This document shows, piece after piece, positions 54,259 to 64,000 of a stretch of 64,000 bases of DNA (positions within the stretch are counted from its first letter, which is position 1; the number at the start of each line of letters is the position of its first letter). Both the position numbers and the translations under genes were made by a program. Location of the stretch: assembly GCA_963823665.1 (NCBI GenBank), contig CAWGMQ010000006.1, forward strand, positions 544,001-608,000, read 5' to 3'. The notes beneath the pieces were generated by a model. It made no database searches and was not told the DNA's origin. It saw only the letters and a program-made list of their open reading frames with translations. Source of the stretch: an uncultured Planctomycetota bacterium. GTDB lineage: Bacteria; Planctomycetota; Planctomycetia; Isosphaerales; Isosphaeraceae.

Positions 54259-55741
54259 CCGGTTCCTGCTTATGCGTGGTCCTGACGCAGACGATCCGCT
54301 TTCCAGCGGTTCGCTCAAACGTGACAGACACGCCATTGCTCCGGAGTTGCGGTGCGATCCGGCGCAGCTCATTGGTCATCACGGAAGGCGATTTGGGCCA
54401 CCGGGCCGAGGAAGCCACCTTCTGTCCCACCTGGTCGCCGAGTTCCTTGAGCAGCTCCGTAGGGGTGCCCCACCAGTTCACGCTTTCAGGGGCGCGCTCC
54501 AGCATGGCGCTCGCGATCATCGAGTCTTCAATTTGCGCCGCGGTCGCGTCCTTACGATTGTTGTTGTAGTCCGCAATGACCGTATCGGCGTTCCATCCCA
54601 GCGCCCGGCCAACAGCCTCCGCGAACGCGGCGAAGTCGGCCATGCGTGGCAATTCCGCCAGACTGACCAAGGGCAGCTCGCGCATCCCTCCCGCGACCGC
54701 ATCCAGCAAACTCCCGAGAATCAGCGGCCGCTCACGATAAAAAGCCGCCCACAACTCATCCTCGCGCCGCCGTTGTCCCGGCGGGATCGGCGCCAGATTG
54801 AGAAAAACCGTGCGGTCGCTCAGATCGCCGCGCTGGACGAATTCTTCGATCCCGTTCAGGATCACTGGTCGTTGCGCGTGCAGAATCGTTTGCTCGTCAT
54901 TGGAAAACAAGGAACGCGCCGCGAAGCCGCCGCCGGTGGCCAGCCGGCAGAGGCCGTCAGACAGCCACGGGCGAATCGTGCTGATATTGTCGTATGCCAG
55001 CAGCCACCCGTTGGTGGCGGTGATCATCAGGTCACGCGTACTTCCGGGCTCGGAAAGCAGCGGGGAATCCTGGGGATCGATCAGCGACCGGATGATCCTC
55101 GCCAGTGTGCTCTTGGCCGACCCCTGTTCACCGTAAAGTGCCAGGATGGGATACGGCCCAGCCGGCCGCAGCGCTGCGGCCATCCAGGCGACCAGCAGGC
55201 GAAAATCACTCGGGTTCAGATTCACATAAGGCCGCAACAGTTCGATCGAGCCTTCTCGGCGCGGTCGCGGCATCGGCAGGAGCCCATCCGGCCTGCGAAA
55301 CTCGACTCCCGGACTTTCAACCACGCTCCACCCTTCCGCGGTGATATGAATGGCGTGCCCGGTCACATCGCCCAGATCGATGTAATACCCCGCTCCCTGC
55401 ATTTCACTGTTGCCGCCCACCCGGATGAACACTTGCGGCGCACCGCTTCCGAACCGGGCAAATGCCTCGAGCGCCCCGATCACGCGGCGGATGGCTCCCT
55501 CCGGCGGCAGCACCCCGAATTCCTGGAAATGCCCGCCGATCAACCAGTCCCGGAATGCCCCCGACCGGAGACCATGCACCTCAACTCGGTGCCCAACCGG
55601 CACCCGGGCAAAAAGCCGCCCGTCGTCAGCCCGAAACAGCCGCACCCCCTCGGCTAATCGCAGCAGCCGCTGCACCGCCGTCCGCTCGCTCCCATTGTCA
55701 TTCTGCTCGTCGCCTTCGGTATGTGCTACTTGATTGGTCAT
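54230..55741 (-). CDS. Phage/plasmid primase-associated helicase-like P-loop ATPase
   Basis: Walker A GEQGSAKST, LAYDNIS, LATGGG..R.LF, PVILNGI, DL.DR, LPRMADF, WPKSP. Confidence 0.78.
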   Translation of the reverse strand: MTNQVAHTEGDEQNDNGSERTAVQRLLRLAEGVRLFRADDGRLFARVPVGHRVEVHGLRSGAFRDWLIGGHFQEFGVLPPEGAIRRVIGALEAFARFGSGAPQVFIRVGGNSEMQGAGYYIDLGDVTGHAIHITAEGWSVVESPGVEFRRPDGLLPMPRPRREGSIELLRPYVNLNPSDFRLLVAWMAAALRPAGPYPILALYGEQGSAKSTLARIIRSLIDPQDSPLLSEPGSTRDLMITATNGWLLAYDNISTIRPWLSDGLCRLATGGGFAARSLFSNDEQTILHAQRPVILNGIEEFVQRGDLSDRTVFLNLAPIPPGQRRREDELWAAFYRERPLILGSLLDAVAGGMRELPLVSLAELPRMADFAAFAEAVGRALGWNADTVIADYNNNRKDATAAQIEDSMIASAMLERAPESVNWWGTPTELLKELGDQVGQKVASSARWPKSPSVMTNELRRIAPQLRSNGVSVTFERTAGKRIVCVRTTHKQEPGRHPQVDIS

Positions 55742-56144
55742 CCGATTCCCGCCTCCGTTCGACCCATTAGCCAACCGAGCCCTACTTGAGATCCACGCCG
55801 CGCGCCCATCACACGCGCCTGCGTCACCACCCGCAAACCAGCCCGGCGACAGCCGACACCCCGCCTCGCAATCCGATTCATCGGCACTTCGACGCCTCTA
55901 CAATTCTTTTTTTAGCATCCTGCTTACTTTTTAAAGCGTACATGCAGCGCATTCCTCCCCCCAACGTGCAGCGATTTTTTGCGGTTGGTTTATTTGACTA
56001 CCGGCAGCGAAAATCCAGTTCAAACCCGTAACTGATCAGCGGGGAGATCACATCGAGTAAGATACGGAAGCTTCAAAAAAACGTAGGTGATCGGCCGTCT
56101 GCGCTCTCTTACTTGTAGAACGACCTCCGTCGAGGGCCAGATTC

Positions 56145-56607
56145 ATGACTAACAGGCGGACCGGAACTGTCCTGCGTGAGATTGTGCGTGGCGTCCAGAC
56201 GCCTCGAGCGGGGGTGCAGAGTTCGCCGACGAAAGGCGTACCGGAGCCCATGGTCCTCGGGGAATTCGCCGGCTTCCTGACCTTCGACGTTCGGGACGGG
56301 AAGTTGGTGCTCCGGCGGCCCGGGAGCCCCGAACGAGTTGAGATGGACCGGGACAAGGTTGTCGTTGTCTCCGGCAACACCAATCTGCTGGCGGCCTCCC
56401 GGATCTGCACCGCGCAGTTGGACATTGACGCCCGTGACAACCGCGTGATCGTGTCCGGCCTCCGGCCGCGGCGTGGAGGCGTCGTTCAGCCGAGTCGGTG
56501 ACAAGGTCCGAGTCGAGATTGGCGGGCGGTTCGCAGAAGAGGAGATGATGACGCCGTCCCTCCCCGAGCTTCGATTCTTCTCGAAGATCGAATGGAAGGA
56601 TCGGTAG
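56145..56607 (+). CDS. Hypothetical protein or gene remnant, probably frameshifted near 56460
   Basis: ORF 56145..56501 continues plausibly in another frame (GRGVEASFSRVGDKVRVEIGG...WKDR*). Confidence 0.35.
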
Positions 56608-56751
56608 TCGCTGGGGCCGCTCGTCTGGAGGCGGAACACCGTAAGGCCACAGAGAAAGAGTGAAAGGGACGGAAGAGCACTGCGACGGCTTCCGTTCAGG
56701 GGGCCGATACCTTGATCTCCCGCTTGCGCTGATGCCATGGACGTCCGCTGT

Positions 56752-59418
56752 TCAGGGGTCGCCGTCGATATCCTCGGTGTCGGCCAGCCACAGGTTCGCG
56801 TAACGGTGCTGCAGATACTGCCAGCGGGCCTCGCCATGTCGTGCAAGTACGGCCGCTGCCGCCAGGCGGGCGGCGTTCTTCGTGTTGTTCGCCTTGAGGT
56901 CGGGGTCATCCGGCAGGCGCTCGACGATCTGCACGGCCCACGCTGGGTCGATCACAGCGGTCGCCGCGAAGGCGGGCCCGAGGTCACCCGCCAGCTCCGC
57001 CACCGACGCCTCCGGGCCGAGGTCGCGCGCCACCAGCGCGCGGGCGACATCGCGGTCGTACCGCGCGAGCAAGAGCCCGATCCCCAGGTCGTGGAAAACG
57101 CTCGGGTCGCGGACCGCATCAGGTCGCCGTGGGTCTCGCAGCGAGAGGGACCGCCAGATCGTCTCGGTGACCAGGTTGGGGTCGATCCGCTCGGCTACTG
57201 CCACGAGCGCGGCGCACGTGACGCCGCAGTGACATGGGCTCCGTGTGGGTGAGGCACCGGACCCCACGGCGGTCCCGAGGATGTCGAGCGCCTCGCGCAA
57301 CAGCGCGGTCGCGTCGGCTGTCTTTTTCGCTTTCGCTAGTCCGAGCGCGCCCATCCCGAACGCGTATCCGCGCATCACCGGGTCGACCGCCGTCGCGGCC
57401 AGCCGGCGCGCTCGGACAAGGTCGACCGGGGCCATCCGGTGCACGACACGAACAACGTACTGGTCGTGCTGGTAAGGTTTCTTGACCATGCCGAGCACCC
57501 GCTCGGCCGCGGCGGGGTCCTTGCCGGCGAGCTCGTGCGCGATGTTGCCGTGGTGCCGCTCGAACTCGAAGCCGTCGGAGAGGCCCTTGGTGAGCTTCAG
57601 GGCCGCCTCGAGGTCGATCTGGCTGAGCTCCTCAGCGAACGACCCCTTGGCGTAGGAGGGCCACGCGACGTCGGGCAACTGCTCCGCATCGGGCTGGATC
57701 TCGCGGAGCAAGGCCTTACCCTTCTCGGTGAGGCCCATGTCGAGCCAGTGCTCGGCGACCTGGCCGGTGAGGAGCATCCGGATGCCGGCCGGCTCGCGCA
57801 CGGCCTTCGCGCTGACCAGAGCCCGGTCCAGCAGTTCCAACTTCTTCGCCTTCTCGGTCGGCGGAACGGCGTCGACCGCCTTGAGCAGGGCCATGGCCCG
57901 AGCCGCCGGGTCGTCGATCGACTCCGCCACGGCCAGCGCCTCGTCGGGGGCGGATTCGAGCAGTGCGTTGGCGACCCGCAAGCGGAACATCGCCTTGAGA
58001 AACGGATCCGTCAGCGTCTTCCCCTCGGTCAACTCCAGCGTCCGTTCCGGGTCGACCCGCGCTAGTACCTCCAGCACTCGGACTTTGTCGTTCGTCTCTC
58101 CCTTTTCCAGCGCCTTGGTGGCGTAGGCGTCGATCAGCCGGTGCGCGGCGGCGCTTTCCTGCTCAGGCGTGGCGGCGGGGACGAGCGTACGCATCGTCTC
58201 GGCCGGCCGCTCGTTCTCGCGAGTGAGCGTGAGCGTCATATCGGTTACGCCAGCCTTCACGCCTCGCCCGGCAAAGCGGAACCCCTTCGCGCGGCCGAAC
58301 ACGAAGGTCGACGCATCCGCCACGCCCGACAACGAGAACCGACCCCCAGCGTCGGAGGTCGTTTCCGTCCGCGCGGGGGCGTCACCAGACTGGAAGACGG
58401 TGGCGCCGGCGACCGGGTTTCCCTGCGTGTCGACAACCCGGCCCGCGAGCGTTCGCGTCTTCGCTGCCTTCTGCTCCGTGATCGTGACCTCGGTGAGCCG
58501 ACCTGCTTCGATCGACTTGTCCCGGACTGTGATGAATTTCAGCGTGGAGTTCTCGGGCACCTGGACATTGACGCGCAGGTTGCCCACCGGCAGCACGGGG
58601 ACCTCGAACCGCCCAGACGAGTCAGGCACCGCCTCGGCCGTCGCACCCAACACGTTCGGCCCTTCCGCACGGCTCAGGATCAATACCTGGAGCTTGAGCC
58701 CCTGGAGCGCCTTGGGATCATCGACGACGATCCGGCCCACCAAGCGTCCGACTGGTGCAAGCCGAAATAGGAAGCCCCCGTCGGAGTCCGGGGTTGCCGA
58801 CGCGAGCTGACGACCAAACCCGGGGGCCTCGAGCACCACCCCCGCCAGCTCGGCGGGCGCGACTGCGGCGATCGTGCCTCGGCCGTCGGGTCCGGTCGTG
58901 GCCGCGAGGCGCTCGGCCAGTTCATCGGGGAGGGGATAGGCGGGGATCTCCATGTTGGGGGTTTTCGAGCTGGAGATCGGGTCGACGCGGATCATCATCG
59001 GGAAGACCTTCGCCCCCGTGACCGCTCCGCCATTGGGCCCGAGCACGCGCACGGTCGCTCCCCCGGGGGCGGCGAGCTTCACGGCCAGCGGTTTGTCCTT
59101 TGCCTTCGCCAGGCTCTGGCGCGTGAACGTCTGGCCCCCGAGCCCATGCGCGGCATGCGTTGCCCAGACCGCCCATGGCAAGTCTGCCGTCTGCGCATTC
59201 TTGGGGGCCGGCACGGTTAAACGAAACCGGCCCTGCGCGTCAGACGTCGCGCGTGCCTCGGCGGCCCGCCGAGCGCCTCCCGGTGCAAGACCGGAGACCC
59301 AAACCTCGGCCCCCGCGACGGGTTGCCGCTTCGCGTCTTCCACCCGACCCGCCACTTCCACCGGCCCGGCGACGGGCGCCTGAGCCACTACCGCGAGCAG
59401 CCATGGCACAACGAACAT
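56752..59418 (-). CDS. Exported protein with carboxypeptidase-regulatory-like (beta-sandwich) repeats and a helical-repeat C-terminus
   Basis: GRVEDAKRQPVAGAEV, SDAQGRF, GRVVDTQGNPVAGATV, SDAGGRF; AGGAG RBS; hydrophobic N-terminus. Confidence 0.82.
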   Translation of the reverse strand: MFVVPWLLAVVAQAPVAGPVEVAGRVEDAKRQPVAGAEVWVSGLAPGGARRAAEARATSDAQGRFRLTVPAPKNAQTADLPWAVWATHAAHGLGGQTFTRQSLAKAKDKPLAVKLAAPGGATVRVLGPNGGAVTGAKVFPMMIRVDPISSSKTPNMEIPAYPLPDELAERLAATTGPDGRGTIAAVAPAELAGVVLEAPGFGRQLASATPDSDGGFLFRLAPVGRLVGRIVVDDPKALQGLKLQVLILSRAEGPNVLGATAEAVPDSSGRFEVPVLPVGNLRVNVQVPENSTLKFITVRDKSIEAGRLTEVTITEQKAAKTRTLAGRVVDTQGNPVAGATVFQSGDAPARTETTSDAGGRFSLSGVADASTFVFGRAKGFRFAGRGVKAGVTDMTLTLTRENERPAETMRTLVPAATPEQESAAAHRLIDAYATKALEKGETNDKVRVLEVLARVDPERTLELTEGKTLTDPFLKAMFRLRVANALLESAPDEALAVAESIDDPAARAMALLKAVDAVPPTEKAKKLELLDRALVSAKAVREPAGIRMLLTGQVAEHWLDMGLTEKGKALLREIQPDAEQLPDVAWPSYAKGSFAEELSQIDLEAALKLTKGLSDGFEFERHHGNIAHELAGKDPAAAERVLGMVKKPYQHDQYVVRVVHRMAPVDLVRARRLAATAVDPVMRGYAFGMGALGLAKAKKTADATALLREALDILGTAVGSGASPTRSPCHCGVTCAALVAVAERIDPNLVTETIWRSLSLRDPRRPDAVRDPSVFHDLGIGLLLARYDRDVARALVARDLGPEASVAELAGDLGPAFAATAVIDPAWAVQIVERLPDDPDLKANNTKNAARLAAAAVLARHGEARWQYLQHRYANLWLADTEDIDGDP

Positions 59419-59547
59419 CAGCCGGTCTCCTTCGCTGAAAGTACAAGAGGTACTCGAAGTCTGACATTTGTCTGAATGGTGGCCGGGCGGGGGGCGCCGA
59501 GTCAAGGGGTCCTCCGATTTCGGGGAAGCGGGGATTATTCGACCTCA

Positions 59548-59577
59548 GTAACACTGGGTAACATTGGGTAACACTGA
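59548..59577. promoter_or_regulatory. 3 x 10-bp direct repeat GTAACA(C/T)TG(G/A) in a divergent intergenic region; candidate operator
   Basis: GTAACACTGG GTAACATTGG GTAACACTGA, ending 33 bp before the cupin ATG. Confidence 0.5.
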
Positions 59578-59610
59578 CGCGAAGCCACAATCGAGGAGCT
59601 CACACCTACG

Positions 59611-60009
59611 ATGCAAGACAAAGAGGCCGGATCACCGCCCCCCTCGGCTTATCCGTACGTCACTCACTTGAACGTCCTCCATGCTCCGCTCGAGGTGGTG
59701 GATGTGGCCGCGCTCGTTGCCGCGTGCACCGACCGCTGGTACAACCAGACGCTTTGCCGCGTCAACGACTCGGTCGTGCGGCTGGGAGTCATGCAGGGCG
59801 AATACCACTGGCACAGCCACCATGACCTCGACGAGTTCTTCTACGTCGTGGACGGGAAGTTCATCATCGACCTCGAGGGTCGTAGCGTGGAACTCTCACC
59901 GCGCCAGGGGTTTGTTGTGCCCAAGGGCGTGGTGCACCGCACGCGCGCGCCGGAGCGGACCGTTGTCCTCATGGTCGAAGGTGCCGGAATCGTGCCCACA
60001 GGGGACTGA
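59611..60009 (+). CDS. Cupin-domain protein
   Basis: WYNQTLCRVN, GEYHWHSH..DEFFYV, VPKGVVHRTRA. Confidence 0.9.
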   Translation: MQDKEAGSPPPSAYPYVTHLNVLHAPLEVVDVAALVAACTDRWYNQTLCRVNDSVVRLGVMQGEYHWHSHHDLDEFFYVVDGKFIIDLEGRSVELSPRQGFVVPKGVVHRTRAPERTVVLMVEGAGIVPTGD

Positions 60010-60051
60010 CGGGAACTTGAACCTCGGGCGACAGGAGGCGAATCACGAGCG

Positions 60052-60510
60052 ATGGTGAGAATACGTCCGATTGTGGTAGGCGATGAGGCTCGCTGGCGCG
60101 AGCTATGGGAAGGATATTGCCAATTCTATGAAAGAGAGCAGTCCGAGGCCATCACGCACCACACGTGGAAACGCATCATGGACGCGGCCTCGCCGGTTCA
60201 CGCCGTCGTCGCCGAGCGTGAAGGTGCGGGGGTGATCGGAATGGCTAACTACGTGATTCACGAGACCACTTCGGCACTCACGCCCGCTTGCTATCTCCAG
60301 GACCTCTTCGTCGATCCCAGTCATCGGGCCGGCGGCGTGGGCAAGCAACTCATCGATTGGTTACGAGCCGAGATGGCGGCGCGGAAATGGTCGCGGCTGT
60401 ACTGGCATACCAGGGAAACCAATTATCGCGCGCGCGGCCTCTACGACCAGTTCACGCCGCACAGCGGCTTTCTGCGGTACGTCATCATCAATCCGGGCGC
60501 GATCGAGTAG
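60052..60510 (+). CDS. GNAT family N-acetyltransferase
   Basis: CYLQDLFVDP..RAGGVG..LI, LYWHT.ETNYRAR.LYD. Confidence 0.92.
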   Translation: MVRIRPIVVGDEARWRELWEGYCQFYEREQSEAITHHTWKRIMDAASPVHAVVAEREGAGVIGMANYVIHETTSALTPACYLQDLFVDPSHRAGGVGKQLIDWLRAEMAARKWSRLYWHTRETNYRARGLYDQFTPHSGFLRYVIINPGAIE

Positions 60511-60607
60511 CAGAGGCGCGATCGCACAATGGCTTTCACTGCTTCCCACCTCTGGTACGATACGGAATCCGAGCTGTACGTCCAGGGATCGCGATTTGGG
60601 GGCCGCC

Positions 60608-63600
60608 GTGATCGAGCCGGAGAAAAGCGACGCGAATTTGCTGTTCGGCATCCTGGCAATGAAGATGAACTTCATCCGCCCCGACGATCTGCTCGAGGCG
60701 ATGGGGATCTGGTTCCTGGACCGGAAGCGGACCCTCGGTGAGATTCTGACCGAGCGGCTGGCGATTTCCGAGAAGGATTGTGATCTCCTCGAATCGATGG
60801 TCCGCGAGAGCCAGGCCAGGCAGGGCCCGCCCGGCAAGCTGAGCGGCCAGGACCGGCTTAATGGCCCGGGCAAACCGCGCGAATTGATCGGTGCGATTTC
60901 GCCTGATGACGGCGACCTCGGTCAGCTCACGACCGAAGCCGGTGAGGCGAGGGACAGCGAACTGACGACTGACTGGTCGGATCGCCGGCAAGGCAACGGG
61001 AACGAGCGGTATCTGCTTGTGCGCCCGCACGCCAAGGGGGGAATCGGCAAGGTTTCCGTGGCCCTTGATGTGCAGTTGAATCGCGAGGTCGCCCTCAAGG
61101 AGTTACTGGAGGAGCACCTTGCGAAGCAGGACAGCCGGGCGCGGTTCTTGCTGGAAGCCGAGGTGACGGCGCGGCTCGAGCATCCCGGAATTGTTCCGGT
61201 CTACGGGATCGGTCTCAATGCGTCGGGTGAGCCGTTCTACGTGATGCGGTTCATCAAGGGAGAGAGCTTCAAAGACGCGGTCCGGCAATTTCACCAGGGG
61301 CGGGACGGCACCGGGCTTCGCTCGGGCCAGTCGTCGTTGCAGTTCCAGCAGTTGCTCAGGCGTTTCGTCGACGTCTGTTATACGATCGAATATGCTCACA
61401 GCCGTGGGGTGATCCACCGAGATCTCAAGCCGTCGAACGTGATCGTGGGCAAGTACGGCGAAACGCTGGTCGTCGACTGGGGGCTGGCCAAATGCGTCGG
61501 CAAGGACGAGAAACGGGTGCTGGCAGACGAGGCGACGATTCGGCCGTCATCGCACAGCGGATCGACGGATACGGTCGCCGGTTTTGCCGTGGGGACCCCG
61601 GCGTACATGAGCCCGGAGCAGGCGGAAGGAGATGCGTATCACGTTGGGTTTGCGAGCGATGTGTATGGCCTCGGGGGGACACTTTATTACCTGTTGACCG
61701 GAGAGAACCCGATCACGGACCGCGAGGTGACGACGGCCCTGCGTCACGCCAGGCGCGGTGAGTTCCGGCGGCCGCGCGAGGTCAACCCGGAGGTCCCGCC
61801 CGCACTGGAAGCGATCTGCTTGAAGGCAATGGCGCATCGCGCCCTTGACCGCTTCGACTCACCCCGAATGCTGGCGCACGACCTGGAGCTGTGGCTTGCC
61901 GGCGAGCCGGTTTCGTCGTGGCCGGAGCCTTTGTCGCTCAAGCTGCGGCGGTGGGTGATCCGGAACCGGACGCTGGTCAGCTCGGCGACGGCCGCGCTTC
62001 TGGTCGCACTCTTGACCCTGGGCTATCTGGCCTTCGAGCTGAACATGAGGAGGGCCCGCCGCCAGATTGAAGCCAATGCGCGAGTGGACTCGCTGCTCAC
62101 GGCCGAGGTTCGCTCGGTGCCGCAGATCGTCGAACGGCTCGGTGCAGACCGGTCGCTTGTGCGGACACGGCTGCATGCTCTGCTAAGAGATCGGGGGACA
62201 TCCCCCGGCCGGATCGGGGCGGCGCTGGCACTCCTTCCCGACGATCGGTCGCAAGCAGAAAGCCTGGTCGAGCACCTGAGCAAGCCCGAGGCGACTGCCG
62301 ATGAGCTACTTGTCATTCGCGACGGGCTGCTGCGGAACCAGGCGCTCGAGCCGTTCATCGAACGGCTGGTTTCAACCCTCCCGGCAACCGGGGAGCGGCT
62401 CAGCGACGCGGCATTGCGGGCAATCGGTGTGCTGGCGGCGGCGGAGCCCCTCTGGAGCCGGTGGCCGGACTTTGCCGATCGCATCGCGGGCAAGCTGGTG
62501 CAGGTGAATCCGTTCGAGATCGCGGCATGGCGCGAGGTCTTTCAGCCGGTGAGCAGCGTGCTCAATCCACCGCTACGCGCGATTTATTCGGACCGCTCTC
62601 AGAACGAACCGAGAGCCCTGGCCTTCGCGCTGCTGCTCGAGTTCGTCTCCCAGGAGGAGAATCTCGACCGCCCCGAGGCCCTGGCGGGATTGTTGCCGGA
62701 CGCTGACCCGGACCAGTTTCGGGCGATCCTTCGGCGCCTGTCCTCCGCGGCCGACCGCGAGCGGGCCCTGGCGGTGATCTTGCCGGCGATCAACGTACAA
62801 GCGCAGGGAGACCTTGCACTGGCCCAGCGCCAGGCCCGGCTCGCGCCGGGCTTGCTTGCGTTCTCGCGGGCTGAGCTGGTCTGGCCTATGCTGATCCACC
62901 GCGATGATCCCAGCTTGAGGACCGAGCTGATCCACATCATGGCCGAGTATGACGTCGACCCGAGAGCCCTCTTCGAGCGGCTGAAGGCAGAAACCAATCG
63001 CAGCGTGCGCCGGGCACTCGTCCTGGCGCTGGGCGGTTTTGCGCCGGAGCGCATCCCAGCGCGCTGCGCGCCGATCTCAAGCTGTTGCTGTTATCGTGGT
63101 TTAGCTCGGACCCCGATTCCGGCACCCACAGCGCGATCGACTGGGTTCTGCGGCAGGGTTGGAGCACCGATGGCGAGTTGAACGCCATCGATCGCGGACT
63201 GTGCGGGCCGGAGGTCCCATCGGATCGGAACTGGTTCGTCAATTCCTCCGGTCAAACGTTCGCGATCGTTCGTGGACCAGTTTCGTTCCGGATGGGGACG
63301 GTGGCGGGAACAGACCCGTACGCCGGCGGTGATGAGCCGCCTCATGAGCGGATGATCCCCCGATCGTTCGCGATCGCCACCCGTGAGGTGTCGCTGGCCG
63401 ACTTCCGGCCCTTTCTCACGGACAACCCCGACCTCAGTCCCATTTTCGACAGGCCGAGTGTTCGCATGAGAATTCCTTCAGACGACTGCGCCGTTGGTGC
63501 ACTGACCTGGTACGACGCCGCTCGCTACTGCAACTGGCTGAGCGCTCGAGAGGGAATTCCCGAGGCAGAGTGGTGCTATCCCAGGTTCTACGGGCCCGGG

Positions 63601-64000
63601 TTGACCCTGCCCGCGAACGCGCTGGAACGCAAGGGCTACCGCCTGCCGACGGAGGCCGAATGGGAGTATGCCTGCCGAGCAGGGACGACGACGCTCTGGC
63701 CTCATGGGCTGTCGGAGCCGAGGCTGGCGAGCTATGCGTGGATCGTCCGTGATTCAAAGCGGGTCATGCACCGGCCGGGAAAGAAGCGTCCCAATGAGAT
63801 CGGATTGTTCGACGCGCTGGGGAACGCGTCGGAATGGTGTACCGGCACGCTGGACGGTGCGTGGGACCCCGGCCAGCCGCGGTCCAGGCAAGACACACTA
63901 GAGCTCCTGACAATCCGGGACGACCAGACCGTCGATTCTCGGGGCGGGTCTTTCCTCGATCCATCGGCCGATGTGCGCTCTGCCAATCGAAACCTCCGGC
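60608..64000 (+). CDS. Ser/Thr kinase fused to a C-terminal FGE/SUMF1-like domain; frameshift near 63060; 3'-truncated by the window
   Basis: NLLFGILA, HAKGGIG.V, HRDLKPSN, DWGLAK, GTPAYMSPEQ; after the shift DPDSGTHSAIDW, F.MG, GYRLPTEAEWEYACRAG, PN.IGLFD.LGN..EW. Confidence 0.9.

Noticed and set aside
53950..56700. Prophage or integrative element
   Set aside because: Only a helicase-like gene is present; no integrase, structural genes, tRNA target or att repeats seen

Overview
GC-rich bacterial DNA, very likely a planctomycete of the Isosphaeraceae type. This is inferred from the 'LETFEDRTLLS' extracellular signal motif, kinase-TPR and kinase-FGE fusions, the ECF/anti-sigma pair and the duplicated-half ABC permease. 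Left to right the window holds: (1) a 5'-truncated giant surface protein (RTX repeats, HExxHxxGxxH Zn-protease, PKD/Ig repeats, S53 sedolisin protease); (2) a Gly-rich beta-helix secreted protein; (3) a 3x73-bp REP-like tandem; (4) a complete five-enzyme hut cluster (hutF divergent from hutIHGU, no hutC); (5) a minus-strand DUF4132 / ~1680-aa giant protein / MoxR-type AAA+ / DUF5682-vWA / SWIM operon whose front half is present as two diverged, complementarily damaged tandem copies; (6) a secreted hypothetical and a lower-GC ABC-ATPase + HNH (Septu/PtuAB-like) pair inserted at the head of that operon; (7) an ABC permease; (8) internally deleted AraC and aldo-keto reductase genes and a cupin; (9) ECF sigma plus partner and a small Zn-ribbon ORF; (10) a Ser/Thr kinase with 14 TPRs; (11) an orphan primase/helicase-type ATPase with iteron-like repeats; (12) a carboxypeptidase-regulatory-like exported protein, a cupin, a GNAT and a 3'-truncated kinase-FGE fusion. 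About a dozen 1-2 nt indels break genes, and many are probably long-read consensus errors. No rRNA, tRNA, CRISPR array, integrase or reverse transcriptase was seen. All family assignments are by motif recognition, not database search. The best candidate for an undescribed system is the duplicated DUF4132-giant-MoxR-vWA-SWIM locus with adjacent defence cargo.
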